NCBI GenBank assembly: GCA_964016885.1
Contig: OZ024752.1
Coordinates: 32,426,001 to 32,490,000 of the forward strand
DNA from: Eledone cirrhosa
Lineage: Eukaryota
Length of the DNA stretch: 64,000 nt
Reading direction: 5' to 3'
The notes beneath the pieces were generated by a model. It made no database searches. It saw only the letters and a program-made list of their open reading frames with translations, and had not been told where the DNA came from. Shown here in pieces: positions 54,216 through 64,000 of this stretch (positions are counted from its first letter, which is position 1; the number at the start of each line of letters is the position of its first letter). The position numbers and the translations under genes were made by a program.

Positions 54216-54819
54216 AAGAAAAAGACAGTTCTTGATAAAACAAGGTTGGGATGGCAATGTAAGTAAATACTTTCACCATAGATCTGGTGCTAAACAACGT
54301 CAATAACATATTGGTGTGGTGACGAGAAATGGTGCCTATATATAGTCGGTCGAATTGCTAGACATACTAGCCAAATCTCCTATTTATCACACTCTACTGT
54401 CTTAAAGAAGGAGGAAAATTGCATAATATCGTAGTTCTAGATATACTAGATTTGATAAAGAGGAACTACATATTGACTGTCGTTGAATCTCTCTGTTTTT
54501 CTATCTTTCCTTGTATGTGTGTGTATATATTTATTATATGTGTGTGTTTATGTCTGATTGTGTGCATGCATGTGCATTTGCTCATATTGTGTGTAAGTAT
54601 ATGTGTGTAACTCAGCTTATAATAAAACCTATAATATAATTACTGATTTCGATTGGAAACTAAAACCTATCAGAAGATTGAAATGTGTAGTTTAATCCAA
54701 TATGGCGCCGCTGCTACCGCCAGCAGCAATAGCAGCAGTTGTTGTCTAGGTGTTACTTACAAGTGATTTCCATACTTCTAATATATAACACGTTTATTTC
54801 GCCTCAATTGAAAACTTCA

Positions 54820-55637
54820 CTATATATGTATATATGTATATATATGTATATATGTATATATAATATATAAATATATATGTATATATGTATATATATGTAT
54901 ATATGTATATATAATATATAAATATATATGTATATATGTATATATAAATATATATGTATATATAATATATAAATATATATGTATATATAATATATAGATA
55001 TATATGTATATATTAATATATAAATATATATGTATATATGTATATATAAATAATATATATGTATATATGTATTATATAAATAATATATAAATATATATGT
55101 ATATATAATATATAAATATATATGTATATATGTATATATAAATAATATATAAAATATAAATGTATATATAATATATAAATATATATAATATATATGTATA
55201 TATAAATAATATATAAATATAAATGTATATATAATATATAAATATATATAATATATATGTATATATAATATATATGTATATATAAATATATATGTATATA
55301 TAATATATAAATATATATGTATATATAATATATAAATATATATGTATATATAATATATAAATATAAATATATATAATATATAAATATATATGTATATAAA
55401 TATATATGTATATATAATATATAGATATATATGTATATATAATATATATGTATATATAATATATATATATATGTATATATAATATATAAATATATATGTA
55501 TTTATAAGATATAAATATATATGTATATATAAGATAAATATATATGTATATATATATATGTATATATAAGATATATATATATATATATGTATATATAATA
55601 TATATATAAATGTATATATAATATATATATATATGTG

Positions 55638-55668
<31 letters not shown>

Positions 55669-55690
55669 ATGTATGTGTATATATATATAT

Positions 55691-55705
<15 letters not shown>
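54820..55705. repeat. AT-rich low-complexity array
   Basis: Seen directly. Confidence 0.95.
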
Positions 55706-55721
<16 letters not shown>

Positions 55722-55829
55722 TAGTTTTTGTGTGTTTTGTTTATATTTATTCATGACTGAATATAGAGCTGCTTACTTGTAATTGAAAGTAGCTTGAAGT
55801 GATTTGAAGTGTTCGCGCACGCGCGCGCA

Positions 55830-55927
<98 letters not shown>

Positions 55928-56291
55928 ACACACACACACATGCGTACAAACACACACAAATAAACACATACATAAGTATAGACATACAAACTTACATAAT
56001 GTGCAGACATACAAACTTACATACATACATATACACATATATTCATAAAAATCACATTGTCTTTTTCGTAGAACGCTTTAGTCCAACCGTGAATTTATGC
56101 TTAATTTCGCTAAATTATTCCCCTTCTCCTTGAAATTTCTTGACAATTGCCGGAAGTTTTTTGTTTTCAATCTGTCTCAGAAGTTAATTTCAATTAAGAA
56201 TTTTGCCACATGCAGCATTCAGTACACCCCACTCCTTAATTTGAATTATATTTAATCTCTCTCTCTTTCTCTCTCTTTCTCTCTCTCTCTC

Positions 56292-56367
<76 letters not shown>

Positions 56368-56641
56368 TGTTTTACGTTATTAGAGTTTAGAGTGCCGCCA
56401 TGTTGAGCAGCACCTTGAAAATTTAAAGAATCATTCCAGGATACCAGAGAATAATATGATCTCTTGGTTATGGTCCCAACAGTTCTACAGCGAACCACTC
56501 TGCTAGAGAAATACGTAAGTTGGCTCAGTCAGGAAATGAACTCGTAACCTTTAGCAGATGATTGGCTCAAGGTCACCTATGGAAGCTATGGACTCCACTT
56601 CAGCATCGATCTGAATCATCTTCTCTCTCTCTCTCTCTCGT

Positions 56642-56696
<55 letters not shown>

Positions 56697-57059
56697 TCTC
56701 TCTCTCTCTCTCTCTCTCTCTTCACATGTAGGTGTTATCATACTAATGTCATACTTTGTTATGCTGTGTTGCTATGGGTTGTGCGTGACTCCACTAAAAC
56801 TGTACTCTGTATATATATACATCCCTTGTCATCCTATCTGCTTTGTATAATGGATTCAGAAATGTCCTAACGATTTTTTTTTACTAAGACTTCATTGTAA
56901 GTCTTTATCGCTGGGATCGTCAATTCAACATGTACACATATGTCTATATTTATTTCACATATAGCTTTAAATGTGGAACATTCCCTTCATCAGCTTTTAA
57001 CTTAAGATCTTGTTGATTTCTGACACTCCAACAGTATCGTTCGTACAAGCAATACCGAA

Positions 57060-57300
57060 CGGCATTAATACTGCCATGAAATATGTGAGTGGCCCAATAT
57101 CTTCAGAAGTCTAGATGGTTTCTTAGAAATGTTTCGCTCTTTTATTTTCTTACATATGTAAGGCTGGATTGGTATTTTAAATACACGCTGGAATTGTGTG
57201 AGGTTATTCCCTTGTAGAGGGAAATACAAAAGACTTGCAAATTTACTCAAACAATTCCAAGCGGGTGCCGACTAGATTTGCCCACTGTACAAGTCTGAGC
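57060..57300 (-). mobile_element. Possible hAT (Buster/Charlie) transposase remnant
   Basis: The peptide ..PLQGNNLT..KI resembles the LN.SLQG motif. The match is weak. Confidence 0.25.
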
Positions 57301-58055
57301 ATAGAGACATCGCATCTTCAGCGCAAAACTAGGAAGTTGCACATGGTGAACGTTGTAGTGGCAGTGAGAAAAAGCGTTGATCATTTCTTCAATGCAAAAT
57401 AAGAAAGTTGCTAGGCGTATGCCCTGCTACACGAAGGATCGAACGCCAGTCTATGGACTAGAATATTGGAAGCGCAACGTGGTGACAAAAGCCACAAGTT
57501 GTATTTATTTTTGACGAACCTGGGACAGGTGTGTTCTAGCTGATTCCAAGCAGATGCAAGTGGCTTTCCAGCGACAATTTGCTTAACTATTCATGGCAAG
57601 TGGTGGACAGATGATGGTGGTGAATTTTATTGCCTGCCTTGTCGGCTTGCCGTAGATCTCAGCGGAGGTGATGAAAAGCTGCTAAAAGCTGTCATACGTT
57701 TACCAATCACATAGTTTTCATTGGTTTTTCCCCTATGAGCTTAATGGAAAAGAGATGGCAGGTGTATGTTTGTATCTCTGTGCGTGTGAATACGAATTAG
57801 AGAAACAGAAAGAAACAGGTAGAGAACGTTAGTAATGGCCGCGGCTTTGCTAAAATGTTTTTTAAACCTACGCTCTACAAAAAATATTGTTTATCTTCAA
57901 ATTATAAACTAGTAAAGTATGAAATATTTCCCTTTGGGGGCTTCTGTCATTTGTTAAATGTATTCGGTTTAATTTGTCGTGTTGTTTAAATAGTTTAATG
58001 AAGTAATGTATATATTATCTGTATATATAATGGGTTAGTTATAAGTTGTGTATAA

Positions 58056-58088
<33 letters not shown>

Positions 58089-58395
58089 TAGAGAGAAGAC
58101 AGTGTTGCAACATATGTACAAACTTTATTCGCATAATTACAATTATTTCGATATCGATCAGCTCAGGGTACAATCAAGGTCAGGGGACCCGAATTTTTTC
58201 GACATCTCACCAGATATGCGAACTTATAAGTGCAAAGACACATCTAATATATATGTGTGTGTGTGTGTTTAAGTATTTCTCTAGAAAAGGTAAAGTAAAG
58301 AAGTGGTCTATGTAAAGAACAGAGCTATTTAATTATGTAATAAACAACACTATATATATATATATCCACTTCTGCGTTTACAGATTGACTTTGTT

Positions 58396-58446
58396 AGTTT
58401 CAGAAGATCCCGTTAAGGGTGAAAGCAGCGATTCTATGCTTAAACT
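58396..58446 (+). ncRNA. Hammerhead-like motif with CAGAAGA (U4A) core
   Basis: agttt-CAGAAGA-tccc gttaa gggt-GAAA-gca gcgattcta tgc-TT-aaact. Confidence 0.6.
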
Positions 58447-58462
58447 TTAATCTGTTATTTTA

Positions 58463-58514
<52 letters not shown>

Positions 58515-58887
58515 GTAGCAGTGGCCTCCCTTGTTGTGACTCACAACCCCAATAGATTAACATCTAGACGGGAAGTAGAACCCTTTCTGTAACTTCCGGT
58601 CAGAACCCTATAAAACTAACAACTTTAAGTTCTCTGCCTCTCATTTGCCCTTCCGGCGCCTGGCCTTCGCCAGGCGTCTCGCGTTTGCCTGGCAATCAAA
58701 ACGGTAACTACTAACTTTGCTTCATTCTATCATCTATTACTTTGACATGTCAACTATACTGTTCTATATATATCCATGATTGTTAATTAAATATTATACA
58801 CACAAACCATGTCTCCTTGTTACATTCATACACCGCCAGTATCTACGCTAAATTGCCTTGCTACATTCATACAACCCAGTATCTTCG

Positions 58888-58920
<33 letters not shown>

Positions 58921-58928
58921 TCTTTCTC

Positions 58929-58969
<41 letters not shown>

Positions 58970-59178
58970 TTCTCTCATTTTCTCTCTCTCACTCTCACTC
59001 TCTCTCTCACTCTCTCTCTCACTCTCTCTCACTCTCTCACTCTCTCTCTCTCACTCTCTCTCTCTCTCACTCTCTCTCTCACGTCTCTCTCACTCACTCT
59101 CTCTCTCACTCTCTCTCTCTCACTCTCTCTCACTCTCTCACTCACTCTCACTCACACTCTCTCTCTCTCTCTCTCACA

Positions 59179-59211
<33 letters not shown>

Positions 59212-59801
59212 ACACACACACACTCGCAAGACAGCTACCATTATCAGTTTTCAACCATGTCCTGTACTTGGGAAATGTCTAAAATTTCATCAAATGTAGT
59301 TTGGCTGTCAGCAAACAGATATTTACAACAACAACATTACTAAAATCTTTAAAAAAAAACAAAAGAAAGAATGATAAAGTGATTTTCTCTCGAGGCATAA
59401 AATGGGGGGGGGGGGGCTTTGAGGGGAATATTGAAAAATGTTGTGGAATAGAAGGGGAGGATGGCCGAATGGGGATAGAGGAATATATGATGATAATGAT
59501 GATGTATGTGGAGGGGGAAGCAGAGATGAAAAAAAAAAGAAAAGAAAAGAAACATGTGAATGATGATGGTGAGGGGGGGGGGGGGGTAGGAGGGGAAAAA
59601 ACAGACAAAAGGAAAAAAAAGAAGCGTGTAGGGCACAGGTTCTCAACCCTTTTAGGCCAAACGCCCCCTTTTGTCCCTCGAAATCACGAAACGCCCCCCC
59701 CCCCCCCCCCCCACCCACCACCCTATTTTTCCATTTTTCAATATATTACTGATTTTTATATCAGTAGATTACTAAAAAAATTGATTAACAATATTCCAAA
59801 G

Positions 59802-60614
59802 ATGTGTGTATTATCTGATTGTGTGTTGTATGTGGTCCTACATGTGTGTATTATCTGATTGTGTGTTGTATGTGGTCCCTACATGTGTGTATTATCTGAT
59901 TGTGTGTTGTATGTGGTCCTACATGTGTGTATTTATCTGATTGTGTGTTGTATGTGGTCCTACATGTGTGTATTATCTGATTGTGTGTTGTATGTGGTCC
60001 TACATGTGTGTATTATCTGATTGTGTGTTGTATGTGGTCCTACATGTGTGTATTATCTGATTGTGTGTTGTATGTGGTCCTACATGTGTGTATTATCTGA
60101 TTATGTGTTGTATGTGGTCCTACATGTGTGTATTATCTGATTGTGTGTTGTATGTGGTCCTACATGTGTGTATTATCTGATTGTGTGTTGTATGTGGTCC
60201 TACATGTGTGTATTATCTGATTGTGTGTTGTATGTGGTCCTACATGTGTGTATTATCTGATTATGTGTTGTATGTGGTCCTACATGTGTGTATTATCTGA
60301 TTGTGTGTTGTATGTGGTCCTACATGTGTGTATTATCTGATTATGTGTTGTATGTGGTCCTACATGTGTGTATTATCTGATTGTGTGTTGTATGTGGTCC
60401 TACATGTGTGTATTATCTGATTGTGTGTTGTATGTGGTCCTACATGTGTGTATTATCTGATTATGTGTTGTATGTGGTCCTACATGTGTGTATTATTCTG
60501 ATTGTGTGTTGTATGTGGTCCTACATGTGTGTATTATCTGATTATGTGTTGTATGTGGTCCTACATGTGTGTATTATCTGATTGTGTGTTGTATGTGGTC
60601 CTACATGTGTGTAT
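59802..60614. repeat. 40-bp minisatellite, about 20 copies
   Basis: Unit atgtgtgtattatctgattgtgtgttgtatgtggtcctac. Confidence 0.97.
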
Positions 60615-60628
60615 TTAGGTCTACGATT

Positions 60629-60828
60629 NNNNNNNNNNNNNNNNNNNNNNNNNNNNNNNNNNNNNNNNNNNNNNNNNNNNNNNNNNNNNNNNNNNNNNNN
60701 NNNNNNNNNNNNNNNNNNNNNNNNNNNNNNNNNNNNNNNNNNNNNNNNNNNNNNNNNNNNNNNNNNNNNNNNNNNNNNNNNNNNNNNNNNNNNNNNNNNN
60801 NNNNNNNNNNNNNNNNNNNNNNNNNNNN
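60629..60828. other. Assembly gap (200 N)
   Basis: Run of N. Confidence 1.
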
Positions 60829-60938
60829 CAGACAGACAGACACACAGACACACACACAGACAGACAGACAGACAGACACACACACACAGACACACAGACA
60901 GACACACACAGACAGACAGATACACAGACACACAGACA

Positions 60939-60982
<44 letters not shown>

Positions 60983-61057
60983 GACAGACAGACAGACACA
61001 CAGACATATATATAATGTGTATAAATCGAAGTTGTAACCGCAGTATAGCAGATACCA

Positions 61058-61099
<42 letters not shown>

Positions 61100-61100
61100 A

Positions 61101-61153
61101 GAGCTTCTACAGGACTAGAACTGTTTCATTCGTGAGAAATCATCAGGAAGCTC
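61101..61153 (-). ncRNA. Hammerhead ribozyme (tandem copy 1)
   Basis: Reverse complement: gagcttc-CTGATGA-tttctcacgaat-GAAA-cag ttctagtc ctg-TA-gaagctc, with a perfect 7-bp stem I. Confidence 0.85.
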
Positions 61154-61202
61154 ACGAATGAAACAGAGAAGCTCTTCTATTTTATATATATATAATAGAG
61201 AA

Positions 61203-61255
61203 GAGCTTCTACAGGACTAGAACTGTTTCATTCGTGAGAAATCATCAGGAAGCTC
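61203..61255 (-). ncRNA. Hammerhead ribozyme (tandem copy 2)
   Basis: Identical to 61101-61153. Confidence 0.85.
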
Positions 61256-61374
61256 ACGAATGAAACAGTTCTAGTCCTGCAGAAGCTCTTCTATATTAAA
61301 ACTTGTATACTCTGTTATGTATTGAGTACCTTACTTACTGTGGTTACCTCCGACTCAACCCGGAATAACTTATA

Positions 61375-61416
<42 letters not shown>

Positions 61417-61734
61417 TGTTCTACGATGACCTCCCCTTCCCATTTGGGGACAGTGTGAAATTTCTTTTTGAACAACTGCTGGACTTTCAAACTTAGCAGT
61501 CCTTCTAGCACTGATGGAGACCATCGCTGAATATTAATATCAATGTAGTTTGTTATATTGATATTGCCTGGGCATCCACTTATGAGTTATAAGAGCCCAC
61601 CTGCATGGATATCTATGGATTATATGCAAGCTTCTACATAACATGGACATTATTTTAGCACCTTGTAGAAATCTTATAGCGAAACGATTGTATGGAAAGA
61701 AAGAGAGATTTATTTAATTATGTCTCATATAAAA

Positions 61735-61925
61735 TAATTGTTTCCACTTTTGGCACAAGGCCAGCAAATTACCCAGTGCATTACTGGTACTTTATTTTTA
61801 TCGACCCCGTAAGGATGAAAGGCAAAGTCAACCTCGGCGGGATTTGAACTTAGATCGTAAAGGGACGTAACTATGCTGGAAAGCATGGCGTCCGTCACTC
61901 TACCGATACTGCCAATCCACCGCCC
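61735..61925 (-). mobile_element. tRNA-derived SINE
   Basis: Full-length reverse complement. Confidence 0.88.
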
Positions 61926-62089
61926 TTGTCTCATATAAAATAATGCATCCAACTATCCACGAAATTCAATATAGTTAGCACCCCGAACGCATACATGGGA
62001 TTATACTCAGGTATATCCTAATGTTTGTTAAGTGAGATGGGAGTTGGTCGGAGTATCGCTAAAAGCTTTCTTTGTTATTGTATTAAATA

Positions 62090-62519
<430 letters not shown>

Positions 62520-62981
62520 ATATATATATGTATATATATACACACATAGACATACTCGTACATAGACACACATTTATATGTAGATTTGTTTTTGTGTATG
62601 TACATGTGTGTGCGCGTGCGTGTGTGTGTTAATGCCTCTAATAATAATCATGATTACCAAAACCTATCTATTCCTCTATCATAATAAATAAGTCATGAAC
62701 CTTTTGCTCAATATAATTTATTATATGTCTCTTTGCCGACCACAAACTAAGCCATTTAACCAATTTTATCCTCATGAATCATCATCATACCCGTTGACCA
62801 GTCTTCGGTAATCACAAACAAACATGGCTTCCTTCTTCTTCCTTACACACTCACCAATAATCACGTGCTATTTTCGATTCTCATAAATGTTTGCAATCTT
62901 TAAAATCTTTACAATTTCACACACGTTGTATTTACTTGGTATTAAATAAACATATTTGTGTATATCTCTCCCTCTCCCTCT

Positions 62982-63021
<40 letters not shown>

Positions 63022-63025
63022 TGAG

Positions 63026-63072
63026 ATTCTACAGGACTAGAACTGTTTCATTCTTGAGAAGTCATCAGGAAT
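63026..63072 (-). ncRNA. Hammerhead ribozyme (family of 61101)
   Basis: Reverse complement: attc-CTGATGA-cttctcaagaat-GAAA-cag..ctg-TA-gaat. Confidence 0.75.
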
Positions 63073-63181
63073 GAAGCAGTTCTAGGTCCTGTAGAATCTC
63101 ATCTATATTAAAACTTTTATACTCTGCAATGTATTGAGTACCTTACTTACTGTGGTTACCTCTGATTCAACCCGGAATAAC

Positions 63182-63182
<1 letters not shown>

Positions 63183-63262
<80 letters not shown>

Positions 63263-63305
63263 TATATTATATATATTATATATATATATATATTATATAT
63301 ATATA

Positions 63306-63360
<55 letters not shown>

Positions 63361-64000
63361 ATATTATATATTATATATATATTATATATATTATATATAT
63401 ATATATTATATATATATATATTATATATATATATTATATATATATATTATATATATATTATATATATATATATTATATATATATATTATATATATATATA
63501 TTATATATATATATTATATATATATATATTATATATATATATATTATATATATATATATATTATATATATATTATATATATATTATATATATATTATATA
63601 TATATATATTATATATATATATATTATATATATATTATATATATATATATTATATATATATATATTATATATATATATATTATATATATATATATATATT
63701 ATATATATATATTATATATATATATATTATATATATATATTATATATATATATATTATATATATATATATTATATATATATATATTATATATATATATAT
63801 TATATATATATATATTATATATATATATATTATATATATATATTATATATATATATTATATATATATATTATATATATATATTATATATATATATTATAT
63901 ATATATATATTATATATATATATTATATATATATATTATATATATATATTATATATATATATATTATATATATATATATTATATATATATATATATATAT
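63183..64000. repeat. (TA)n/(TTA) array
   Basis: Seen directly. Confidence 0.97.

Larger units (their letters stand above)
61093..61372 (+). mobile_element. Fold-back HHR element, partially duplicated; relative at 63018-63183
   Basis: Inverted HHR copies are joined at stem II (ctcac) to a forward 3' half, then the tail tactc..attgagtac and (TA)n. Confidence 0.8.

Noticed and set aside
59802-60614. 40-bp repeat as a CRISPR array
   Set aside because: The units are head-to-tail and identical, without spacers.

Overview
This is AT-rich, repeat-dominated eukaryotic DNA, probably intergenic or intronic. The microsatellite density and tRNA-derived SINE family suggest an octopod cephalopod, which is an inference. 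No intact host gene is supported, and nearly all long ORFs in the track are translations of (TA)n/(CA)n/(GGT)n repeats. Recognisable content: a decayed Penelope-like retroelement (PLE; RT plus C-terminal GIY-YIG, 3061-5130) with a minimal hammerhead ribozyme (HHR) in its pseudo-LTR, an R4/Dong-type non-LTR fragment sitting in (ACAT)n, about 12 SINE copies, two Helitron-like elements, RTE and hAT remnants, three minisatellites and a 200-N gap. The most striking pattern is about 20 short fold-back elements from several unrelated families, almost all embedded in (TA)n. Their shared layout is: inverted partial copy, then a type-I minimal HHR (complete, or folded back at stem II), then an AT-rich spacer, then in many families a covarying RCTC-loop-GAGY hairpin, then a 35-60 nt tail ending in (TA)n. 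One of them (32328-32846) is clearly the pseudo-LTR of the PLE in this window. Two non-canonical HHR cores recur in independent copies: U3-A8 and U4A.
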